Assembly (NCBI RefSeq): GCF_000743755.1
Contig: NW_014569534.1
Coordinates: forward strand, 1 to 64,000
Length of the DNA stretch: 64,000 nucleotides
From: Blastocystis sp. subtype 4
Taxonomy: Eukaryota
Direction of reading: 5' to 3'
The first letter of the stretch is position 1. Every line of letters starts with the position of its first letter. The translations under genes and the position numbers were made by a program. The notes under the pieces are model-generated. The model made no database searches, was not told where the DNA came from, and was given only the letters and a program-made list of their open reading frames with translations. Positions 34,464-46,500 of this stretch are shown piece after piece.

Positions 34464-36500
34464 TTATAGATCAAAGACTTCACTATGGAAAGAGAACATA
34501 CGATTCTCATTCATCAAGGTATCAAACAGAGTGTCTGTAAGACTCTCAGGACCACAACAGAAGACGGTTAATGGTTGGTACGGAATGGTTTGAAGAAGAT
34601 CCTTTAGCACAGGACGACCCAATGTATATCGTAGTGAAACAAGCATATGATCATCCTCGTCTTCGTTCAACGTCTCAAGTCCACTCAATGCCACCTTCTC
34701 TACAGGAATCTCACAAGCATCCTTCTGTCGAGGGAGTGTGGCCGCTGTCACAGGATCACTACGATAGGTGCAATAGAAATGTGTACGCACAAATGGTGAC
34801 TGCTGACAGCGACTCAATACAGGTCGCATTGCCACAAGATGTTCTGGTTCTGCCACTACTACAATCACAGTAACTGTCATATGATACAATTCGGTTTCTG
34901 GTGATCGTTCCAAAGAATGCATCAAATCCAGAATATAAGAAGAAATCCCAGCGAAACCGACACCACCTGCCACAAACAACACATTTGATCCATATGTCTG
35001 TTGAACATGAGACATATACTCCACATCTACAGTAGGTGTTGCCACATGAAGGAGGTCATAGGTTGATACAGCCATAGGAATTCCTTGTTCAGCAATCTCA
35101 CGATTATGCTCCATGCAATAAGGTCCCTCAATGAAAACTCGGATCGGACATGGTTTCGAAACTAGCTTGGCTAAATGATGAGTCCATGACGATGACTCTC
35201 CCACCACCTTCACATAGCATATGAGATGATTATTGCGACTATAAGCAACAGAAAGTGGGTGGGATTGAACGATCGAGATACTGGGAACAGTGAGATGAAT
35301 CACAGCTCCAACAAGACGTCCAAATGGTCGTCGTGGTAAGAATCGGTTTCGCATGGCAATATCCAGAATAATGATATCTCGTTCACAACGACAAGATACG
35401 ATGTTGGATGACCGAGTCAATAACGAAAAGCTTCGGATGAGAAGATCAGTTACATACAGAACCAGAGGGAGTCGGAAAATAAGGATGAGCCTGTGGGCAT
35501 GATCAAAGAGAAAGAGGAAACTCAGAAGAATCACGACTCGATGGATTAGATAGAAGACCTCGTACCAATACTTACGAACCCATGGTAACATGGATGACGA
35601 TAAAAGAAGGATAAGAGGCAAACTACGAAGAAGTTGATTGGTTGTTTTGTCAAAAGATGGATGTTGAAAGAACTCCCATATGTAAGAAATATGGGAATCA
35701 GGATGATCCTTAATGATCATGTGAATCAAGATAAACAAGACATGAGCAACAGTCTAATGAAGAGAAACTCATTTTACTTACCATATAGAACGTTATAGTA
35801 CCAAGACGCCTGTGAATTGCAACAAATGAAGTCTATGTGAAAAAAGACGGCAGTTCTTACAAAGGGAGCTTGATAAATGTACTGAAATATAGTGTTTCGG
35901 GTGCAAAAGAGAACCTATGAGTAAGGAGAAAACAGTATAATACTGTCAGTGTGAAGAACAGTTCCAGTAACGTACTAGATATAATGAAGAGAGATTTCCA
36001 CGGATATCGTGACAAGAAATGTTGATCAGCATCGCGATAGTTGAGATAATGAAACGAATTCGCCGTCCATAAGAGAATCAGAAGAAGCAAACTCCAGTAC
36101 AAAAATAAGAACCTCCATGATACAAACTTCTTGTATGGAGTGCGTTGATTGAGAATCCTTCCTACTGAAAACTGATTAACATAACCAAGAGCACCGGAAA
36201 ACAAAAGGAATACGTAAAAATATATAGTCCTCCACAGTGTACCTTGATACTTATATATTTTAAACTTGTCGCCACGATACCGCAACAATTGCCAAACATT
36301 CAAACCTTAACATCACACTGAACATATAATGGAATACCGGATCGCTGGGCTATTTCGTTTATCGAAACCAGAAAGATGATAATGGTCAGGAACATAAATC
36401 CGTCTAATCCATAAGAAATCATGTTAATAAAGTAAACAGTTTAGATTGGCCCAACTATCATACCATTTACTCCGATGATGATGGATCTTCCGCTTTTCAT
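34464..36500 (-). CDS. Ferric reductase / NADPH-oxidase superfamily flavocytochrome (start approximate)
   Basis: Two His pairs (HRRLGTITFYMTVAH; HRVVILLSFLFLFDH), HPLS, EGPY, VAGGVG, CGP, FHSEVFDL. Confidence 0.85.
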
Positions 36501-36622
36501 TCTTCCCGCTTCGTTTTCTGATCAGAGAATCCCGTTCTGAAACACTCATTGATGATTAAATAGGATCATTCTGATAAACTAAAGATGTCCAGTGGTATTT
36601 GATAATCAAACAAGATAACAAC

Positions 36623-37548
36623 TCAGTTCTCTTCTTCCATTGCCCCTGTATCCTCTTCTCGTAATGCTCTTACAGCATTCTGTACTAACTCATCCCTACA
36701 AATCATAGGCAAAGATTACTCTATACCTTGTTGCTGAGTCAACACGAATGAACTGATGATCTGTCGAATCCGAAACATAACCAAATTCAATTTCGTATGG
36801 CTTCTTTGACTCAATATGTAGATCACAAAGCATCTTAGCTAGATAAGGAAGGGCTTCTGCCACAGTCAGTTCCATCAAGTTGTGCTTTTCAATCTCTGCC
36901 TTACAGTTTTGACGACCCTTTCCAATTGCATCAGTGAAATGACACTATAGATTACCAATATCCATTTATTCTACAAAACATTGTCCAGAAGGAGTAATAC
37001 GGTAGAGATGATACTGTTTGTCACGATGATCGTAACCAGCATACAATACATTCACACCCAGAGGTCGATAACCACCGTAACATGTGAATTGATGTACAAA
37101 TTGACCCATACTCTCGGCAAGCACCTTAGGAGGGATTTCTTCGCCAAAGTTCTCTTTAAACTTCATACAATGGTCTCTTGAGCGGTCAATCGAATAGCGA
37201 CCATCAGGAATATATCCGCCCACAACCTAGCCCATCAGCACTCTCAGAGAAGGAAATACAGCTCCAATATGCTTAGAAATGATATGAATATGTTTATTTG
37301 ATCCATCCATAATGAAGGGAGAGTTCAGTGTCTTTTCTGCAGCAAGTACAACTCCATCTTTACAATTCACGCCTACACACGTTCTACACAATTATTTATC
37401 CAATTAAGTATTTGCGATGCTTCTGCGACAGCCTTCGAAGCATACTCAACCTGAAAGATGCGTCCTTCAGGAGAGAAGATTGTTGCATCCATATCATACT
37501 AAACAAGTAACTGATGCAGAGACTAATACCTACTCCAGAGCCACTCAT
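36623..37548 (-). CDS. PSMA3: 20S proteasome subunit alpha type 3 (alpha7)
   Basis: YDMDATIFSPEGRIFQVEYASKAV...CKDGVVLAAEK; AIGKGRQNCKAEIEK; acidic C-terminus. Confidence 0.9.
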
Positions 37549-37726
37549 TGTTGCTTATTTGATGTTTCTATTTCACTATCTTTGGTTGAAAAGAGAAGAA
37601 CAAAGAAGTTCCAAACCCCGAGCAAAAGCGTTTCAGCGGATCCTCTTCGGTATTGGGCAGCCCAATTGATGTCTGCGAATTTCCGATGTATTTTTCGACC
37701 CACTCTCGAGAGTAGTTTTCTCACCA

Positions 37727-40435
37727 ATGACGGGATCTCGACGAATTCTGATCATATCAGAAGATCCTCGAACATTGAAGAAACCGAATAATCAAGAAGA
37801 CTCTCCATTCTGTGCTTCCTCTCTGTATTGCTTGGGTAAATGTTGCGATATGATTGATGCAATGAAGAAAGAGGATTATGGTAGGATTTTGAATCTGTGC
37901 TATCACAACAGTAGTCTCTTATGCATTCCTCTATCCTGGAAAACGGAGCCCTGGTGAATGGAAGTCCGTCAATGATCCATCAGATGTTCAAGAAATCCAA
38001 TCCCTCTGTTCAATTCCAGATCACGAAGAAACGGGTCCTATCAATTACAAACAGTTCTATGATGCATTGATGAAATTGAAGGATAGTATTTCGGCAAATG
38101 ATGTTTTGACCATTCTGTGGTTGGTTCCCTCTTTCTCCCTTTTTTCTGCTCCAGTTCTGTCTGTTCGTTCGGATTCACAAAAAGCCCCATTTTTGTATTT
38201 GGGTCTGGAGGCACTCCAAAATGCATCCAAATCCTCTGAACTCTCTATTATCACACACGACAATTCCAATGATCTTGCTGTGTGGACACGATTGTTCGAT
38301 TGCTGTTCATATTGGATTCAACCTTCTTTACTTCCTATTTCCATTATTTCGAACCAAGAGTCATCAGAAGATGAGTACCATGTCAAAACAACTAGTAGTA
38401 GTCTCATCATTGAACATCCTTCAGATTCTTTCTTCTCCTCTAAACCTGTTCCTGTCAATTCATCTCATCTTCCTTCGCTTGAATGTGAAACAATCTATTC
38501 TCTAACGGCTTTCGAACTGGATTCTGTTCTCAACACGCTTCTTCGAACAGATATCACTCAAAAATGTGTTTTTGAGTGGAGTGAATTGGATCACAGTTTT
38601 ATCTCCAGACTAAGTAATCAATCACTTCATGCATTGACTCGCTCTGTCTCTGTTAGTCTGATTACCACTACAACAGAATCGGAAGTTGTTCTCTCTCCAG
38701 ATCAACCTATTCACATTCTCAATCAATTTAACAGTGTTGAATTGTTACGCTATTTGTACATGTTTCTGGAAAAGACAGAATCCTTCCATTTTTCTGTCGC
38801 ACATCCTACCAAGAACCCTCTACTAAGTCTGTTCAATCGGACATTATCGGATCATGCAGTCCAATACTATGGATGTAGTGTTGTTGGACAAACTCGAGAG
38901 AATGAAGAGACACCAGCATTCTCACTCTTATCCAATCGATCATCTGTGACCATTTTTTCGAAACCCCGCTATCTCATTGGTCTACTTGCAATTTCATCTC
39001 ATGATATCGAACTTATTGTATCATATGCTGACTGGGAGAAACCTGAAGGAATTCTCCGAAGTGTGATTGAGTCATCTCTTCAACATGATGACTATTTGAT
39101 GATTGTTAATGATGATATTCATTCTTCTCTGTTGAACACTACGCTAAATGATCAATTTGGAGAGACTCATCAATTGTTTATACCACCTTCATCATTACCA
39201 CCAATCAACCGAGATGTGACTGGACTCTCTCAATCAATTGTTCCTGAACAACTAAATGATACGCGTAAACCAAGGCAAATTGCTCAAGTCAGTCAATGGT
39301 CTGAAGAACTTATCTTACAAAGGGTTAGTGAGCTTGTATGTCTTCTAATTGTTCTTTCATTCTAGATGCACCAGGATACAGATCAGTGGAGATTACGACT
39401 TTTCGGTGAAACTGCCCATTCTACAAAGGTATCGAAACACAAAGAACCACGTCGTTCGCAACTTGTTCTGATTTATCTCTCTGTTTATCTATAGCTTGCA
39501 TCGATTCAAGGGGTGTCCACCAAACCACTCCGCATACCTCAAGATTGCTATGACTTAACACGGGGATTTCTTGCTAATGGGGAACCAGCCACTGACATGA
39601 GTTTATTTGAGTTTCAACCTCTCTCGATTCCATCACAGGAATTAGAGTCATTCCCTTCTCTACGTAGGGTTGATTGGTGGTCGACAATACTCTAGCATGT
39701 GAATACCAGTCATTTGCTGACACTCTTCCATCTATGTCTCTGGATTTCGTTAAAGGAAATGTTTATTTCCAGTGTCGTGGAGAAGACTATTGGGATAAAA
39801 CTTCGATAGGAGAAGAAATGAAGATTACCGCTCTAATGAAGAAGATAGAGGCTTATGTGAAGAATAATGGGTTGTTTTTACAAGTAGGGAAGTATGATGA
39901 AGTATACACGATTTACTAAGGCTTCTCGAAATGCAAAGCATAATCAGAGTATTATCGATGTGAATTATACCAAGCTTGATAAACTAATTAACTCAGTTGC
40001 AATGAAGTTTGTTCCTTCTGGATATCGAGAGTCTCTCTTATATGGAAAGTAGTTCATAATGATGATGGTAACAAATAGAATTGTTGATTTGTCAACACAA
40101 CTCTGTAAAGCAGTATTGGAAACATTTTATGATATCCAAAAAGTGGTGTTACCTTCAGCCACAATATCGAAAGAAGTTAAGAAGCAGGTTCGTCATGTTG
40201 TGAATTCACTCATTCCACCGGATTCAACAGATCGTCCTAATCTTTCTAGAAGGTCTTCCCGATTATCTGAGTTTTCTCTTGTGGATGGATCTCCCTATAG
40301 TATTCGAGATCAAGGTACCACACCAGATACATCTTTATTGGGTACTCCAAGTAGTCTTAGTACATTTCTGGGACATGATAGTAAACGATTTCGTCCTATT
40401 CCACCTCTACCAATGCCACCAGGTGATATGGTATA
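37727..40435 (+). CDS. Large hypothetical multi-exon protein (stop probably completed by poly(A); genomic TAA at 40463)
   Basis: Chain of + ORFs including 432-aa 38067-39365; no family recognised. Confidence 0.55.
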
Positions 40436-40465
40436 TGTGTGTTTCTTTAATCATATTGAATAAGC

Positions 40466-40473
40466 AACAAACA
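40466..40473 (-). terminator. TGTTTGTT polyadenylation-site motif (ELP3)
   Basis: Exact motif; base 5 nt upstream is an in-frame T. Confidence 0.9.
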
Positions 40474-40477
40474 GACA

Positions 40478-42473
40478 AAGTATTCAATTCCTTTGACATA
40501 TATACTCCATCCAAATGATAACCAAGTTTACGATAATAATGACGAGTTCCTACTCCAGAGATCACAGAGATTTTATCAGAGAAATGTTCTTCTCGAGCTA
40601 TACGTTCTGCTTCTTCCATTAACAATGTTCCATATCCTTTATGCTGGAATTGAGAAGTACTCCGAGAATGAATCGGGATTGCTGATCCATAAACATGCAA
40701 CTCTCTAACAATCGACACATTCCCTTTCAATTCCTCTCGAAACACGTTTGGTCTGCTTTTAACTCATCCTCTCATTCTTACCCTGCTTTTCGTAAACGTA
40801 ACAATCCAATAAGAATGTCCTTTTCTGTGTCTTCATAACTCAGGAATGTTTCCCAGCCACCATTTGCTGTATAGTCACGACGAATCAACTCTACTTTTGA
40901 TGGTTGGATCTTCTTGTGAATATCTTGAATTCCAACTTCACGAGTACGTATATCACGACATACCAAACCCAAATCAGCCATTCTTTGCAATGCCAATTGT
41001 CGAAGACTTCCTGTTTCAACTCCTGATGTCACTAATGGCATTGGAATATCACGCTATTCATCATATCACAAGCAAAGAGTTACTTGAATACGATATACTC
41101 TCATCCATGGAGGAATCAAAGACAGAGCTCGTGCTGTGAGATCCACAAGCATACTACAATGAATCAATCTCTCTATTTGCTACTTAGGTGGATAGTTACG
41201 ATACTCTCCCTTCTTCCATAGTTCATATAATCCTGTTCCTCGAATCACCAATGTAGGATACAGTTTCAATCCATCTGGACGAAAAGCAGGATTCTCAAAA
41301 AGCTCTCTACTGTTCATTGAATCCACTACTCCAACTTAAGACCAAGAAGATCTCGTTCATAACCCATATTAGGCAAATCCGGCATCATATGTGTAACAAC
41401 CTTAAAACCACAATCCTTTGATTGCTCAAAAGAATTACACACAGCAGCTACAGTGTGTCCGCGATTTGTATCACGAGCAATATCCTATTACTTAAGTCTG
41501 TAACAGAGATTCACCTCGTATACACTTTGAACACCAATCTCAATACGAGTACAACCATAACGAAGCATATTATTCAAATGGGGTTTCAAACAGTAATCAG
41601 GACGAGTTTCAATGGTGATTGCTACACATTTTGAAACACTTTGTTCTCCATATCTGATCATTATTATGAATATCAAGGATCACTTTACAGCTTCTTCTAC
41701 ACTATGAGAATGATGGCCTGAAAGAGCATCGTGTAATTTCATGATGAATTCATCTTGATACTTTTGATCAAGGGATAAGAAGGTTCCTCCCATCACTACA
41801 AACTCCACTTTATCAACACTGTGTCCAAGACGTTTCAATTGGTCTACACGAGTACGTGTTTGGATATATGGGTCATAGCGGCATCGAATAGCTCGCATAC
41901 TACAGAATAAGTTGAGTGAGAGGCTTTGTACCTTGTTGGCTCATAACCAGTATAAGACTGGGTTGAGTATTCAAAATCGGAATCTGGACCTCCTGCACAA
42001 TAGAGACAGACACTTCCCGTATATGCAACATGGGGACAACGATGAGGTTTACACATGACAGCCTGCAAATAACAAGATAACAATAATATCAACCACAACA
42101 GCAACTCCTGATGCTGTTCGGACTGGCTTTACTTTGAGATATGGTGTTAACAGGTTCTTGTAATTCTCGGGAATAGCAGCGATAATATCAACCATCTAAA
42201 ATTAATTTAAAACTCATCATTCATGCTTTTGGAGTTGCAGATAGTCCATACTTGTGAGCAGTTTCCGAAACAAATCGTGTGATGTTAATTTCCCGTTTTG
42301 CATCATAATTCTATTCTATAACCATTGTACACTAGAGTCACCTCTACAAGCATCTTCACAATTTCCGCAATGGCAATTACTCTACGCTCTGCCTCTGGTT
42401 CTATTTCGATTATCTCTTTCCATCTACTAATACTTTCATTCTTCAAATTTCCATTCGGCTTCGTCTTTGCCAT
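40478..42473 (-). CDS. ELP3: Elongator complex protein 3 (radical SAM + GNAT); stop completed by poly(A)
   Basis: [69 protein letters not shown]. Confidence 0.97.
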
Positions 42474-42653
42474 CGTTTTTGTCGAGAATTGTCTGATTCT
42501 ACTTTCTTGCGACAGACCCAATTGGGTCACTCTTGTCGTAATTCACTTAGAGTTGATTTGGTGAGGAGTACCTGATGACAAAGATCCTCCTACTTACGGA
42601 TATGAAAGGATACATATGGTTTGTTATCTGGTCATTAATCCAACAAACACTTA

Positions 42654-43400
42654 TATTGAGCACTAGAGATCCTACTTGCAGAAGGCTCTTCTTCCTGTGT
42701 TGCATTCATTGATTACTTCAAACGATTCTTACAGACAGCAGTCATTACAATCACTGAAATGCAGAGGATGATACAAATTACTCTCTGTACCATGAAAAAG
42801 GATCGTAATGAGTTGTTTTCAGATCATATTAAACTGTTAAAGAACGATGTGATTCCTTCCCTTTTTATCTACTACTTTTTTTCCCAAGCAAGGAAGGATG
42901 GGAGTAAGCCTCTTTTTCATATAATTATCCATATCCTCTTCAAGAGTGATCGCATCATCACTTCTCGTGACAAGTGAGAACCATCCAGATACTTCACAAT
43001 AGGATAACTAATATCATCACATACAGCTAGATTCTCTTAATCACGTACTGTTCTTTCAAGCAGAGGAATCATAGTAACCATAACGAAGATGTGATAGTTG
43101 AGGACTCTAATTGACTAGATCTTCAACACAACTTCAGGGCTTCCGTCTTATTTGAAGTTCTCATTATGCCGGTCTTTACTCACTTTGACAATCACACTTT
43201 CAGTTTATTAGAAAAAACTGTCCCAGTAAATCATTAGACCCTTCATATAAAATACCAGACCCTCAGAACGGTTGGAATAATACTCTTGATTCCACTGTGA
43301 CTGTACTTGACACATGATAGGTGGTATTATCGTCTCTGGAATATAGTGTAATGAGTCATCGCCTGTCCCTCATTGTCAGTGACGACAATTGATTTACCAT
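42654..43400 (-). CDS. Possible small multi-exon hypothetical gene
   Basis: Minus-strand TGTTTGTT at 42649-42642 and intron-like segments; frame could not be resolved. Confidence 0.25.
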
Positions 43401-43590
43401 CAGAAACTATAGATCTATCAAACACACATAAATCACTTTAAACGATTGACTCAGCATTCCCAAGAAACAACAATAGCATTCTTTAAGAGTATATGGGTGA
43501 CTCTGTGTTTCCTATGATATTATCATTCTTTACCATTAACTCCTAGAATAGGCAATCTGATTAAGAAACACATAATTATATAGTATAATA

Positions 43591-46500
43591 TTACTTTTTC
43601 CGTTTTGAAGCCGAATCCGTATCTGGTGAAAAGGAGAATTCGTCATCTGAACTTTCAACAAAACGAGATCGTTTCGTCGATTTATGTCGAGGAGTTATCA
43701 TTTCATCTTCATCAGCTGAATCGAAAGAGGACTCATTCAATAATTCTTCGCTCTCTTCATACTCTTCTTCACTCTCCTTAAACTCATCATCACTCTCCAT
43801 TCCTGTTAATTCCTTCTCGACAGGAGCACGTACCTTAATCTGTAGCTTTGGTTTAACAACTGATTTGGGCTCTGGTTTTGGTGGCTGTTCCTTTTTTGGC
43901 TTTGACACCTGTTCCTTATTTGCCACCGGCTCCTGAACCACTGGCTTGTCAAAGATAGTTCTATTTATCATTCCATCCAATCATATCTACACATCAACAT
44001 CGGCTCCTTGGGTCTTCATCACTTCCTTTAATACATCCTCACTAAATTTCCAATCACACAAAGTCGAAACGGTGCGAAGGAATAAATAACTATCACTCTA
44101 GCCATCATGCTTCATTTCCTATCCCTACAAAAAGTTCAGTACCAGTTCGATAATAATGAATAGCTTGCTTCTCTAGCAATGAAGACATAAACAAAGGTCG
44201 TTGACAAATAGCCAGTTTTGAGGCAAGATTAATGATGTATGGAGGTAGTGAAGAGCTTATTCGATCTTTGATTGGTTCACAATACTCTTGTAACCAGGTT
44301 ATCATAAAAGTCACAGTCGAATCTATCACCGAATCCTTATGATATTGCTCGAATGATAATGGATTATCATTAACGGAAGCAAAGCATTCAGCCACTGCTT
44401 TCATAGTCGTTTCTAATAGCTGCTCCGAACAATGCACCAAGTCACTCTCTGCATCGTTATAAATCTTACAGTTCTCTGTGATTCTCTGAAGGTCACTCTC
44501 CAGTGATGCACGCGAGTGATAGTAACTATATCACAGACCTCCTATATTCCTTACTTATTCTCTAATCTAGCTAATACAAGTTCTAGTTCCATTTTCACAG
44601 GAATCATGGCATCATAGAACAATAGTTCAGGATCCTCTGTAGGTACGGCAACAACAAATGGACCTACACTCACACTCCATCACCTATCCCACCTGCATAG
44701 GGTTCTTCCGATATCTCCTTTAACTGCTGAATAATACTCTCGCGAACTGACTGGGGGATACTTCGATACACGACTTCTTTTCCCTTTGTCTCAAACAGAC
44801 TGATGATCTGCGACCCTCCTTCATTATCCCAACGAATTTCAGCTGCTTCCCATGCCGAACCTCGCCATGCGGGGTTGGAACAAAAACGGAGAATGGTTCC
44901 TCCATACAGTGTAATAGAATTGTTCCTACAATGAATTCATTATCTCGGGCTTACTCTTCGATGAATTCCATTTCAAAATGATCACCAACATTCCACTGAT
45001 GTTTCATTCTTTCTATGTATGTATCGTAATCCACCAGATAATCTGGTAAGCTGCAATTCCGAAGTGTTACTTGGAATGAAGGAATCTTCAACTCTGATGG
45101 AAGTCCAACGAATGATTGAACTGGAGAATCGGAGTGTTGTGACTCAGGGTCTGGAATGGCCACTACTTGCAACTTCAGCTGCAAGAGAATCGAGTTGGAA
45201 CAGCAAAGATGATGGGGAAAGGCATATCTCTGCTCAATGACTTGGCAGACACAACAAGAGAATGTGGCGAAAGGAAGATCAGGATCTCCAAATTCAAGAA
45301 GATGCTGCAGATGGCCTTGAGGAAAGTAGACAACATAGTCACCCAATTGAGGGATAAACGATTTGGAGTAGCTTGCTTGACGTAGCCAATCGCGTTCATA
45401 GACATTGGGAACGCGAGGAACAGCCTTAATTAGAGCATCATTTGAATACTGTTGATGCTCTGGACATAAAAAAAGATCTGTTGGATTGATATAAGGATAA
45501 GACTTCAATGCTTCTGGAAGAATCTCCAGCCGTGTTGCACAGCCATAGTGATATCGACTATGAATCAAATCCTTATTATGAACTCACTTAAGGCAACCAG
45601 ACACGCAACACAATAGAGTAGCTCCATAATGATTACAAGCACAACATCGAATCTTCTTTGCCTTATTCACGGCTTTGAAGATATTGTAGAAATGATAAGC
45701 AGAGCGAGCCACTTCCAGAGATGATAGAGCACAAGCCACATGAATAAAGACACGCTGGTCTTTAACAACAAAGGGAACAGGAGTCAGGAAACCTCCTAAA
45801 GAGTCATCTTCTTTGTGATGACACACTGAACATACAGGATTAACAGTTACACCCGACGAGTCCAATACTTCTTGTGTGAAAACACGACGTTTTCGCCTGA
45901 ATCTCTGGATGTCTACAATCACAGGTGGTTCTTGTTCATCTGAAGTTTTCTTTGGCGTTGGTTTTTTCTTCTTCGGCCTTGATTGGCGTGTTTTTATCAT
46001 GGGAGCTTCTTCACTATCATCAAAGTTATCCAATATATCATCTTCTTCCTCTTCTTCCTCTTCTTCCTCTTCTTCTAATACTTCCTCCTCCTCTTCTTCA
46101 TTTAGTTCAAAGTCACCCTCATCATCAAGTAGATCCAAATCATCTTCGCTTGCTATTATCATATCATTTTCCTCGCTGTGATGGTCACTTCGTCGAGAGC
46201 TTGTAGTTCGATAAGGACGACTATAAATATCCGTTGCTTGAGATGAACGGGATTGCCGAGTTCGTGTTGTACTTCCAACACTATATTCTGTAGTCGACAA
46301 TCGTTGGTTCTCATTGTCTGGAATCTCTTCCGATAATGCTTCTTCCTCTTCTTCCTCAGATAGATCGAGACTGAATTCTTCATTATCAGGCTCATCTACA
46401 GGTTCTTCAGGTTCCTCAATTTCATCCAATAGATCCTGATTCACTGCTACACGTAATGCAGTTTCTGTTTGATCATGCATTGCCTATTATTCACTTTCTA

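Noticed and set aside
40407..40463. True overlapping coding sequences on opposite strands
   Set aside because: The overlap disappears once poly(A)-made stops are applied
42604..42612. GTATCCTTT on the minus strand as a U12-type donor
   Set aside because: Not within a coding region that can be tested, and no convincing branch point or acceptor
46020..46110. (TCT/TCC)n tract as a non-coding microsatellite
   Set aside because: Encodes the poly-Glu/Asp stretch of the BRWD-like protein
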